NCBI GenBank assembly: GCA_963783575.1
Contig: CAWAOD010000009.1
Span: 288,001 to 352,000, forward strand
Length of the DNA: 64,000 bases
Direction: 5' to 3'
DNA from: an uncultured Spirochaetota bacterium
GTDB lineage: Bacteria > Spirochaetota > Brevinematia > Brevinematales > JAOACQ01
Under the pieces are notes generated by a model, which saw only the letters and a list, made by a program, of their open reading frames with translations, was not told where the DNA came from and made no database searches. Both the position numbers and the translations under genes were made by a program. Shown piece after piece: positions 19,860 through 29,376 of the stretch; position 1 is the stretch's first letter, and every line of letters starts with the position of its first letter.

Positions 19860-20261
19860 TTACCTGTTTTTTTTCTTATTGAAATAGATAGCCATTGTCT
19901 CAAAATAATAGTCTATCCACCCTTCCCTATATTCGTTGCTCTGCCCACCGGGAATATCAGTATGGTTAAGAGTAATTTTTGCTCCTTCCGCAGTATCCTC
20001 AAAAATTATTTCAAGCTTTGAATCCGGAGCTTCCTTAGGGAAGTCTGTGGTTCTCCAGTCCTGTAATATCCTCCTGTATGGCTCAAGCTCTACCGTTGTT
20101 CCCTGGATATAACCTTCCCAAGCAGCAAATTTTCCTCCAATCCGCGGATCTATCACAGCCTGGCTTCCTGTGAAAGCGGTATGTTCCTTGCTTGAAAGCC
20201 ATGCTTCGTATACTTCCCTTGCTGAGGCAGGAAAAACAGCAGATAACGACAAAGATTCCAT
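19860..20261 (-). CDS. SRPBCC/AHSA1-like domain protein
   Basis: VYEAWL.S..H..FTG, GG.F.AW.GYI.G, W.T.DF and GW..YY motifs. Confidence 0.85.
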   Translation of the reverse strand: MESLSLSAVFPASAREVYEAWLSSKEHTAFTGSQAVIDPRIGGKFAAWEGYIQGTTVELEPYRRILQDWRTTDFPKEAPDSKLEIIFEDTAEGAKITLNHTDIPGGQSNEYREGWIDYYFETMAIYFNKKKNR

Positions 20262-20359
20262 AATATTACCTCCCGTTTAGCGACATTATTTATCCCAGAA
20301 TGTGAACAAATAAGAATCTTGATATTTCAAAATTTTGGCCAAAAATATTCAGGGTGCAG

Positions 20360-20405
20360 CCCTTTGGTTCGACAAGCTCACCATAAACTCAACTCAGGGC
20401 AGGCT
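20360..20405 (-). repeat. Repeat family B copy with a nested hairpin
   Basis: Reverse complement reads AGCCTGCCCTGAG...TGGTGAGCTTGTCGAACCA-AAGGG; same ends as the inserts at 3172-3197 and 3358-3374/5066-5075. Confidence 0.7.
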
Positions 20406-20419
20406 ATCATGCTGCCTTG

Positions 20420-22105
20420 TTAAAGTTCATTATGATTTATTTCTTCCAAAATACTTACTTCATACGGCATCATTCTAAAATTGAGACTGAAATAGTCCTC
20501 AAGAAGATTTTTATGTGTTGAAAATAATACCTTCCAGCTTCCATTATCGTTTACATGGATTCTCTGAGTATTTTTTGAGAAATTTAAAGCGACAAAAATT
20601 TTCTGTTTGTCTTTTTTACGGTAATATGCCAGAATATTTTTCCCTGCCTTCGCAGATTCCCATGTCCCGCTGTTTATTGCGACTTTCTTTTTTCGCAAAT
20701 CAATTAATTTTTTATAAAAATTAAGCATTGAATTTGCGTCCTGTGATTCTTTTTCGATATTTGTTAAAAGATAATTTCCATTTAATGGAAGCCAAGGCTT
20801 AACTTTTGAAAACCCGGCATTTTCTCCGGAATTCCATTGCATCGGTGTTCTTTGAGGATCCCTTCCTTTATTAAAAGGCCAATATTTTTTCCCAACCGGA
20901 TCGATAATTTCGGATTTTTTTAATGGGGTATCGCTCATGCCTATTTCTTCGCCATAATAAAGGAATGGGGTTCCCTTAACAGTCAAAAGAAACGCCGCTG
21001 CAATTTTTGCCCTTTTGATCCCTTCCTTACCGTAGTTAAATCGAGTGAAATGCCTTGACACGTCGTGATTGGAAAGAGCAATTGCAGGCCATCCCTTTTC
21101 CGGGATCTCAGAATACCAATTCTCAAGGGCTTCAAGCATATTGCCTGACCCCCACTTTTTGAAAAGTAAAGAAAAATCGAATGTAAGATGAAGTTCATCC
21201 TCTCCGTCACCGAGGTATGAAGCAGCAAGCTTTGGATCTCCAGGATAAGCGGTCATAATCTCGCCTACCAACATAACGCCCGGGCATGAATTTATAAGTT
21301 TCCTGAAATATCTTAAAATATCATGCGTTTCAGGCTGGTCAATGTCATAAATATGTTTCTGCATATCATAAGGCCTGGGCGTAGGCCCGATTGTAAAAGG
21401 ATTGTCCCTCAATTCATCATCTTTTATGTAGCAGTTGGCAACATCAAGGCGGAATCCGTCAATCCCTTTATCCAGCCAGAAGACAATTTCGTCGGATACG
21501 GCTAGTTTAACCTCCGGATTCCTCCAATTTAAATCCGGTTGTTCCTTAAGGAATTTATGAAGATAATACTGCCCTGTAATTTCATCTATCTCCCAGGCAC
21601 TTCCTCCGAATACCGATTTCCAGTTATTCGGCGGCCTGCCTTTTTCTCCGTCATGCCATATATACCAGTTTCTTTTAGGGTTGTCTAAAGAGGATCGGGA
21701 TTCAACAAACCATTGATGGAGATGGGATGTGTGATTGACCACAAGATCCATAATAATTTTCAAATTCCGTTTGTGAGCTTCGGATATTAACCGTTCAAAG
21801 TCGGAATTTTCCCCGAATTGAGGGTCGATCTTTCGGTAATCGGATATATCATATCCGAAATCATACATTGGAGACTGATAAACCGGTGAAAGCCAGAATC
21901 CATCCATACCCAAACCGGCAATATAATCCAGTTTTTTAATGATCCCGTTGATATCACCTATTCCATCATTATTCGTATCAAGAAAGCTGCGGGGATAGAT
22001 TTGATATATCACACCGCTTTTCCACCATAAATTATTTTCCACAACAACCAGCCTCTTTATAACATTAATGGAAGATAGTTTAAAATAATGAGTTCGTTTA
22101 GTCAA
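20420..22105 (-). CDS. GH13 alpha-glucosidase/oligo-1,6-glucosidase; start possibly GTG 22042
   Basis: WWK..V.YQIYPRSF, DLVVNHTS, QPDLNW, GFRLDV, GE and NHD motifs. Confidence 0.93.
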   Translation of the reverse strand: MTKRTHYFKLSSINVIKRLVVVENNLWWKSGVIYQIYPRSFLDTNNDGIGDINGIIKKLDYIAGLGMDGFWLSPVYQSPMYDFGYDISDYRKIDPQFGENSDFERLISEAHKRNLKIIMDLVVNHTSHLHQWFVESRSSLDNPKRNWYIWHDGEKGRPPNNWKSVFGGSAWEIDEITGQYYLHKFLKEQPDLNWRNPEVKLAVSDEIVFWLDKGIDGFRLDVANCYIKDDELRDNPFTIGPTPRPYDMQKHIYDIDQPETHDILRYFRKLINSCPGVMLVGEIMTAYPGDPKLAASYLGDGEDELHLTFDFSLLFKKWGSGNMLEALENWYSEIPEKGWPAIALSNHDVSRHFTRFNYGKEGIKRAKIAAAFLLTVKGTPFLYYGEEIGMSDTPLKKSEIIDPVGKKYWPFNKGRDPQRTPMQWNSGENAGFSKVKPWLPLNGNYLLTNIEKESQDANSMLNFYKKLIDLRKKKVAINSGTWESAKAGKNILAYYRKKDKQKIFVALNFSKNTQRIHVNDNGSWKVLFSTHKNLLEDYFSLNFRMMPYEVSILEEINHNEL

Positions 22106-22172
22106 GAATAAATTTTTCTATTTTTAATTGTATAAACTCAGAAAAATAATTATAATTTATAATAAATTTTAG

Positions 22173-23780
22173 ATGGTAAATAAGAAATATTATTATCAAC
22201 TACAGACGGTGAATAGGATGAAAAATCAAAGAAACGCGCAACTGCCTTTAAAATATTACTATACGAGTTCCAATGAATTTTATGTTAAAGCCATAAATTT
22301 TCTTGGTTTGATTACAAGTCTTGTCATGTTATACGGATTAATTATGCTTTGTTTAAAAAATCTGGAATTTTTTATAATATTTACACCATTTATATTGATA
22401 TTCCTGTTTTACTTAATCACCCATTTTCTCTTCAACCTGAAATATAGAAAATTCAATATTGAAAGCCACCGGAAATGGGCCGACCGGTTCTGGCGTGAAA
22501 ATAAAAATGAGCCTCCCGTGGATATCTTCATACCTTACTGCGGAGAAGGTTTAGAGATTATTAGAGAGACCGGCCAGGCAGCTAAAAATATTAATTATAA
22601 TAATAAAAATATTTATATCCTGGATGATTCCGGCGATGAGGAGGTCAGAAAATTAGCCTCGGAGATGGGAATAGGTTATTTCAGCAGGCCCGACAGGGGA
22701 TATATGAAAAAAGCCGGCAATTTAAATTATGCGATAGACAGGACAGAAGGCGACTTTATGGCTGTTTTTGACACTGACTTTATGCCTGAAGCGGATTTTT
22801 TAAAGGATCTTCTTCCTTATTTTTCAGATGAAAAAGTTGGAATTATTCAATCACCGCAATATTATATTGATGAAAGCAGTAATTTTTTCGGGAAGATTCT
22901 GCTGCAGGGATGTTCATCTTTACAGGAAGATTTTTATAAGATAATACAGCCCTCTAGAAATATTTATCATAGTGCGATTTGTGTGGGTACTAACCTTATT
23001 TACAGAAGATCTTCGCTTAAAATTTCCGGGGGAGTGGCAAATGTGCCGTATTGTGAAGATTTTGAAACCGGATTTGACGTTACGGCTGCAGGATTTAAAA
23101 TCCAGTATATCCCGCTGATACTTGCAAAAGGGCGCTGTCCAGAAAATCCGCAAGCTTATTTTAACCAGCACAGGCGCTGGTGCTATAGTTGTGTTAGACT
23201 ATTGTTTTCCAGAAAGTTTTTCAAAGCTCCGGTAGGTTTTATTGTCCGGGTGGCTTATATTTCAAACATATTCTATTATTTTACAGAGGGTTTTTCCATT
23301 TTAGTCATTTTTTTATTCACTGTTTTGATGACGGCAAGGCACCATGTAATCGATACAAGATACTTTGATTACTTTTTACCATATTTCCTTTATTTGTTCC
23401 TTGTCCAGCCATTATTCAGATTAAAAAAAATAAATATCGGGTCTTTTATAACAGCGACACTGCAATCTTTTGCCTATTTATACACTCTGATTGTTATGAT
23501 AATAAGCCGCGACCTGGATTGGATTCCTTCTCATAAAAAAATAAACAGGGCTACAACTCATTTTATTAATTTTATAATACTTTCAGCAGTAATAATTGCT
23601 ATTGAAATTTATAACCTGTGCACCGCGTTAGCTCTTAAAAATATTACTTTCAGGTTATGGTCATCCTATCCTTTCATTGGATGGTTTTTCTTTTTGTTTG
23701 CTACGCAAATTTTACTGATGTCATATTTAACCGGCTATTTGATTTCTATAAAAATTAAAAAGCCATTAGCTAAATCTTAA
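22173..23780 (+). CDS. Processive GT2 glycosyltransferase (cellulose-synthase-like, no PilZ domain)
   Basis: ILDD, KAGNLN, FDTD, QSPQ, CED and QHRRW motifs; N- and C-terminal TM helices. Confidence 0.88.
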   Translation: MVNKKYYYQLQTVNRMKNQRNAQLPLKYYYTSSNEFYVKAINFLGLITSLVMLYGLIMLCLKNLEFFIIFTPFILIFLFYLITHFLFNLKYRKFNIESHRKWADRFWRENKNEPPVDIFIPYCGEGLEIIRETGQAAKNINYNNKNIYILDDSGDEEVRKLASEMGIGYFSRPDRGYMKKAGNLNYAIDRTEGDFMAVFDTDFMPEADFLKDLLPYFSDEKVGIIQSPQYYIDESSNFFGKILLQGCSSLQEDFYKIIQPSRNIYHSAICVGTNLIYRRSSLKISGGVANVPYCEDFETGFDVTAAGFKIQYIPLILAKGRCPENPQAYFNQHRRWCYSCVRLLFSRKFFKAPVGFIVRVAYISNIFYYFTEGFSILVIFLFTVLMTARHHVIDTRYFDYFLPYFLYLFLVQPLFRLKKINIGSFITATLQSFAYLYTLIVMIISRDLDWIPSHKKINRATTHFINFIILSAVIIAIEIYNLCTALALKNITFRLWSSYPFIGWFFFLFATQILLMSYLTGYLISIKIKKPLAKS

Positions 23781-23794
23781 TTTCGGAGGATTAA

Positions 23795-25696
23795 ATGCCC
23801 CGGTTTCTATTTTTAAGTTTATTTTCTATTTTAATAATATTTATTTCAGAATGGGGAGATCAGAAAAGCCTTTCAGCCGGATCAAAATATATAACAGTAA
23901 AAAATATTCAGGGTAAATGGTGGCTGATCAATCAGGATGGAAATCCCTTTTTTTCCATTGGTATGAATAATATACTGCCTGAAGATAACGAAGCGAAGCT
24001 TGGAGCAAGGCATTATAATGCTATGAAAAAATTTAAAAATTTACAGGACTGGACAATTGAAACTATTAATCTGCTGACAAATATAGGTTATAACACTATA
24101 GGCTGCTGGTCGTCACCGTTAATTTATAATCAGAAAATACTCTATACAATAGTCATTGAAGATCCGCAATCCGGATTATTCAAGCTTATTGATATTTTCG
24201 GCCCGAATTTTGAAAAAATTATTGATAGGGCTGTTACCAGATTCTGTCTTCCTCATAAAGATGATCCTTATTTAATGGGGTATTTCTTAGGCAACGATTT
24301 ATTCTGGTACGGGGATTATGCCTATTATACGGGACATAATTCATATCTTTTTGACAGATATTTTGATCTCCCGGCTTCTTCACCGGGGAAAAAAAAGGTT
24401 GCCGAATTTCTTCAGGATTATTATAAAAACATCAGTAATTTTAATAATAATTGGGGCACAAATTTTACTGAATTTAGCCAGATAACAAGAACAAGCCTGT
24501 ATCAATATACAATTAAAGACCTTAATACTCTCCGCGTCGAATTTCTAAAAATCGTTGCTGAGCACTTTTATTCCGTTTTGCATGATAAAATCCGTGCTGT
24601 TGATCCGTCCCATCTGATTTTCAGCGATCGTTACGCTAATTCAGTGCCGGAAGAAGTATTAAAGATCGGTAGTAAATACTGCGATATTGTTTCAATTAAT
24701 TATTACAAGAATTTGCCTGATATTGACAAAAAATTCCTTGCAGCGCTATCTTTCATCTCCGGCAAACCAGTTATAATTTCGGAATTTACATTCCGTTCAA
24801 TGGACAATACATCCGAATTAAAGAATGTTGTAGGGCCCGATACTACAGTCTCTAATCAGCAGGAAAGGGCGGATCATTTTAAAAAATACGCTATGGCATT
24901 TGCGGAGTTGCCTTTTATAGTCGGCTATCACTGGTTTCAATTTTTTGATGAACCTCAGGATGGAAGAGTTTCTGACGGAGAGGACAGTGATTACGGTATT
25001 TTTGATCAATTCGACAGGCCGTATTCATTACTTATCGAAGCAATGAAGAACACAAACCCTAAAATTGAATCAATTCACAGTAAAAGTAAAATTGTTATTC
25101 AGGCAGAAAATATAAAATTTATATATAAAACAATCGTGAGAACCGGCAAAAAGAATCCCGCTTTCGGGAGTATCTATCTCGATCCCGATACAGTTCAAAA
25201 CAGTATAGTATATTCCTGGGGAGATACCGGTAATGGGGCCAGGGTTGAACAGCAGAAAAAGAAGAACGGTCTTGAGGTTAAATTTGGTACCGGAGACGGA
25301 TGGGGCTGCGGTATTTCACTGCTCCCCCCGAATTATCAGAAAATAGGATACTTTGACGCCAGTGGCTTTAAAGGCATAAAATTAAGGATGTCTTTACCTT
25401 CTAAGTTGAAATTCATAATCATTCTAAATGAAAGCGGGGCTGATGTGCCATGGAAAAAGGATTATCCGGGTGCAAACGGTGCCGATGGTGAAAGCTATTC
25501 TACTGATGAGGATTTCGGCAATAGCAGAATTACGGAATATACTTATAATTTTGAAGATTTTAACATCCGTTCAATATATGGAAACCAGACGGGGAATCAT
25601 ATTCTGGATCTTCAGGCAATTAATGATATTGAGATTTCGATTCCGGGAAGTCAGGGTACAGGAACTATATTAATTGAAAATATTCAATTTTATTAA
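23795..25696 (+). CDS. Secreted GH50/beta-agarase-like clan GH-A hydrolase with C-terminal carbohydrate-binding-like domain
   Basis: GKWW....G.PFFS.G, G.NT.G.WS, PVIISEF and GYHWFQF.DEP..GR..DGE...YG motifs. Confidence 0.7.
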   Translation: MPRFLFLSLFSILIIFISEWGDQKSLSAGSKYITVKNIQGKWWLINQDGNPFFSIGMNNILPEDNEAKLGARHYNAMKKFKNLQDWTIETINLLTNIGYNTIGCWSSPLIYNQKILYTIVIEDPQSGLFKLIDIFGPNFEKIIDRAVTRFCLPHKDDPYLMGYFLGNDLFWYGDYAYYTGHNSYLFDRYFDLPASSPGKKKVAEFLQDYYKNISNFNNNWGTNFTEFSQITRTSLYQYTIKDLNTLRVEFLKIVAEHFYSVLHDKIRAVDPSHLIFSDRYANSVPEEVLKIGSKYCDIVSINYYKNLPDIDKKFLAALSFISGKPVIISEFTFRSMDNTSELKNVVGPDTTVSNQQERADHFKKYAMAFAELPFIVGYHWFQFFDEPQDGRVSDGEDSDYGIFDQFDRPYSLLIEAMKNTNPKIESIHSKSKIVIQAENIKFIYKTIVRTGKKNPAFGSIYLDPDTVQNSIVYSWGDTGNGARVEQQKKKNGLEVKFGTGDGWGCGISLLPPNYQKIGYFDASGFKGIKLRMSLPSKLKFIIILNESGADVPWKKDYPGANGADGESYSTDEDFGNSRITEYTYNFEDFNIRSIYGNQTGNHILDLQAINDIEISIPGSQGTGTILIENIQFY

Positions 25697-25700
25697 AACG

Positions 25701-26675
25701 TTATTTTTCCTTTCCAAGCATTAGAAAAAGTTCTTTAGATGAGTTTAGGTATTTTTCTTTTTTTATTTCCTTATACCACTGCTGTTCAACATATTTATTA
25801 TCCTGAACGCACGCATCCTGCCAGCCCTGCCCTTTCCACATTTCCTGTTTTTCCCAGTTGTTATTAATATAGCAAAGTGCTTTAATTCCATTTTTATCTA
25901 TAAAATTAAAAAAATTATCATACCAGGCTTTCCAGGATGACGGCCCCAAACAAGCTCCAATCCCTTTCGGAGTGCCTTCGGCTACCATTACCGGTTTATG
26001 GTGCGATTTTGCGAATGCAATCACAGGCTCCATTTGATTCTGCGGCTGGTCAAAATAGCTAAAACCTATCCAGTCCGTATAATTATCACCCGGATACCAG
26101 GCATTAAGCTCAGGTTTTGTATTATGTGCATGCACATGCCAGACATAAGCTATATTATTTACATTATATATTCTCAACTTATCAACAATATACCGGTATG
26201 CCTTTTTATAATTATCCGGATCATAATGATTATGCAGACCGTCACATTCATAACCTATCCGCAAATATACCGGAATTTTTACTTTATTGATCCATACCGC
26301 AAGCTTCTTGATATTTCCATCATATCTACCGTTATAAGTGTCCTGAAGGGCGTCAACCATATAGAGGCCTATCTGGAGAACTGTATTGGGATATTTTCTA
26401 ATCAATTCAGCGGCGTTCATTACGCCCGCTCCGTAGTCAGGTGATTCTCTATCAAGCCCCTCCATTTTTTGTATGGAGGTATAAACCATAAAACCAGCCG
26501 GGATCATTTTTTCTGACATGATATAATCCTCTATGGTTTTATTGTCCTGCCCTATAATAATTAGTTTTTTCCCGTCCGGCGGTTCATATTTTGATCTGAC
26601 CGTATTTGAAAATACAATCTGCCCTATAATAAAAACCAGCAGAAGCGCTAAAAGTAAGCTATAAAGTCGATTCAT
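25701..26675 (-). CDS. Secreted GH26 glycoside hydrolase
   Basis: YLRIGYE, WYPGD.Y.DW.G.SYF and KPVMVAE motifs; signal peptide. Confidence 0.8.
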   Translation of the reverse strand: MNRLYSLLLALLLVFIIGQIVFSNTVRSKYEPPDGKKLIIIGQDNKTIEDYIMSEKMIPAGFMVYTSIQKMEGLDRESPDYGAGVMNAAELIRKYPNTVLQIGLYMVDALQDTYNGRYDGNIKKLAVWINKVKIPVYLRIGYECDGLHNHYDPDNYKKAYRYIVDKLRIYNVNNIAYVWHVHAHNTKPELNAWYPGDNYTDWIGFSYFDQPQNQMEPVIAFAKSHHKPVMVAEGTPKGIGACLGPSSWKAWYDNFFNFIDKNGIKALCYINNNWEKQEMWKGQGWQDACVQDNKYVEQQWYKEIKKEKYLNSSKELFLMLGKEK

Positions 26676-26974
26676 ATAATTCTCGATCCTTTAAAAATCC
26701 CTACATAAAAAATATTGAATTTTTCAGAGAAAAAGGCAAAGTTAAATAAATTTCATTTCCTACTTAGTAAGTATAGTATAATGTTTTAATAAAAGCAAGA
26801 GTATTTTAAAATATTTTGCATTAATTAATTTCACTATTAACTGAAAGTAATAAAATTAAGTGTTTTTATTCAGAAATATGAAGATATCAGGCAAAATTAT
26901 GCAGAATTCATATTTATAAAATAATCCAACAATAAAATTATTAAATAAATTTAATTTAACAATAATTTTCAATG

Positions 26975-27002
26975 TTGACATTATTTCAATATAATGTATA
27001 AT
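26975..27002 (+). promoter_or_regulatory. Sigma70-type promoter for the PilZ gene
   Basis: TTGACA-16 bp-TATAAT. Confidence 0.55.
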
Positions 27003-27119
27003 TTTAATTAAAGAATAAAGATCATAGATTATTAACTGGGAATTTCGTTTAATCTAACTCTAATGGTTATTCTTTGAAGATTATTATTAAGAATAAATAA
27101 GGATTCGGAGGTAATTAAA

Positions 27120-27449
27120 ATGTATTCTGAAGAAAAACGAAGGTCTCCAAGATGCACATTCGAGCAGATAATTAATATATCAAATAACCGGGAGACATAT
27201 ATCCAGGCTGATGGTATTAACATCAGCGAATTTGGCATAATGTGCGGGACAAAAGAAAAATGCGATCCTTATGACCGGTTGTTTCTGATGTTTACAATTA
27301 ATAATGGCGATACAGAAAGAACTATCCAGTGTGACGGTATGGTAATACACAGCAATAAAAAAGATGATTCTTTTGAAACAGGAATACAGTTTGAAGATTT
27401 AACCAGTGAAGATAAAGCCTTTATAGCAAGTTATTTGAAGTGTTTATAA
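27120..27449 (+). CDS. Stand-alone PilZ domain c-di-GMP receptor
   Basis: RRSPR (RxxxR), NISEFG and GIQF motifs. Confidence 0.85.
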   Translation: MYSEEKRRSPRCTFEQIINISNNRETYIQADGINISEFGIMCGTKEKCDPYDRLFLMFTINNGDTERTIQCDGMVIHSNKKDDSFETGIQFEDLTSEDKAFIASYLKCL

Positions 27450-27638
27450 ACACCCGATTCGCCGGTTAAGAATTACAAATTCATAAGTCAGGCTTTTGTT
27501 ATACCAAACAATTCAATATAATCATTCGACTGATTATTTCTTAATAAAAAATATTGAATAATTTAACAAAAATTGCATAAAAATCGTTATTCTCCGGTAG
27601 TATTTAATATAGTTAAATTCAAGATTAAGGAGATTTTT

Positions 27639-28610
27639 ATGGTTAAACCAAGCAACGCTCAAATTTCACTAATCTTAAACCAGGAGAATCCTGAATCTGT
27701 TCTTACCGAGGTTAAAAGAATTTTTACATATTATTATGGAAGAAATTATCTCAAAATAGTTAAAAATACTTTCCATTTGATTAAGAATCTATTTTCCGGA
27801 AAGTTTCCTGGTTATCAGGCTTGTAATACGGAATATCATGATTTATGTCATACTATGGATGCATTTATCGCAGCAGTAAGATTAATTGACGGAAAAAATA
27901 TATTCGAAAAACCATTTCCTGTTAAAATAGCGGTTGATCTATTGCTTGCTTCGCTTTTTCATGATACAGGCTATATTCAGGAGAATGGTGATAAAACCGG
28001 AACCGGTGCAAAATATACCAGAATCCATGTCGGAAGAAGCATACAATTTTTACAAAAGAATAGAGTTTTATTTGGAATTAATATGGACGATGCAGGACTC
28101 ATATCAAAAATTATTTCATGCACGGGTCTAAACGCGGAATGCGATAATATGTGCTTCCAAAATGAAGAAGAGATAAAAGCAGGCGCTATTCTTGGAACAG
28201 CAGATCTAATTGGACAGATGGCCGACAGAAATTACCTTGAAAAACTGCTTTTTCTATATTATGAGTTTAAAGAAGCAAGTATTTCAGGTTACAATACCCA
28301 GTTCGATATCCTGAAAAACACATTATCTTTCTATGACCAGACAAAAAAAAGACTGGATGGTTCTTTTAAAAAGGCTTATACGTATGCTTTTTACCATTTT
28401 AAAGAAAGGTATCAGATACCACGTAATCTTTATATGGATTCCATTGAAAAACATATAGGTTATTTAAAGGAAATAATCATGGATGAAAGCACCAATTTCC
28501 GTCATAAATTGAAAAGGATGGATTTGAAGGAAAAGGAGCTTAAATATCTTGAAAAAAGCATCGATCAGCCTCTGGAAATGAATTTTGCAAATTCATCTAT
28601 TATAAGCTGA
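27639..28610 (+). CDS. HD-superfamily metal-dependent phosphohydrolase
   Basis: YHDLCHT, FHDTG and TADL.GQ motifs; AAGGAG RBS before ATG 27639. Confidence 0.75.
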   Translation: MVKPSNAQISLILNQENPESVLTEVKRIFTYYYGRNYLKIVKNTFHLIKNLFSGKFPGYQACNTEYHDLCHTMDAFIAAVRLIDGKNIFEKPFPVKIAVDLLLASLFHDTGYIQENGDKTGTGAKYTRIHVGRSIQFLQKNRVLFGINMDDAGLISKIISCTGLNAECDNMCFQNEEEIKAGAILGTADLIGQMADRNYLEKLLFLYYEFKEASISGYNTQFDILKNTLSFYDQTKKRLDGSFKKAYTYAFYHFKERYQIPRNLYMDSIEKHIGYLKEIIMDESTNFRHKLKRMDLKEKELKYLEKSIDQPLEMNFANSSIIS

Positions 28611-28635
28611 TATTTCCGATTTTTTATTAAAATGG

Positions 28636-29115
28636 TCAAGCATCTTGGAAAAATTCAGAATATTCGGGAAAACGGAGCCTTTCCCGGGCTTCATTAGGAG
28701 AAAAGGTAAAGTATAAAATCTCGCCTTCCGTGCAGACTTCACCCTTTGTATTAATCAATTTAACCGACATTACGGCAATGTTCTTTTTCATTTCTTTTAA
28801 CAAGGCCTTTATAATAATTTTACCTTGATCAGTAAATACTGTCTTTCTGTATTTTAACTCGAGCTTAGAAGTCACACCGCCTGTTTTAAGAAGAATCGAA
28901 ACAGCCCAGCCTCCCGTTTCATCCATTAAAGCAGCCTGAATTCCACCATGAAGAACATCGCTGTAACCCTGGAAACTTTTATCAGGCTCCCAAAAACAAA
29001 TAACTTCATTATTTTCCAGAAAAAACTCCATTCTAAGCCCATGAGGATTAACGGGAGAACAACCGAAACAATTATAGCCGGGAATATTAATATAGGGATT
29101 TTTAATTTTCTGCAT
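28636..29115 (-). CDS. PaaI-family hotdog thioesterase
   Basis: CFGC...N..GL and HGG.QA.LMDE motifs. Confidence 0.88.
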   Translation of the reverse strand: MQKIKNPYINIPGYNCFGCSPVNPHGLRMEFFLENNEVICFWEPDKSFQGYSDVLHGGIQAALMDETGGWAVSILLKTGGVTSKLELKYRKTVFTDQGKIIIKALLKEMKKNIAVMSVKLINTKGEVCTEGEILYFTFSPNEARERLRFPEYSEFFQDA

Positions 29116-29376
29116 AACTTTACTCCAAAATATCGATATTCAATATTGATCCGGATTATGATTATACCTATAAATAGGAAGTAAATCAAAAATAATATCT
29201 ATGTAATTTAGCCGGGTTTTACCTATTGTGCAATTTTTTTTATACAATGTAAATACAAGAATAATTTCATTAATAATAAAAATATTGTTATAATTTATGC
29301 CTGAGTAATAAAGTAAGAAATAGGACAAAGACTTAGCACTCAACGAATATATTTCTGATAAAATCCGGAGGAATTT

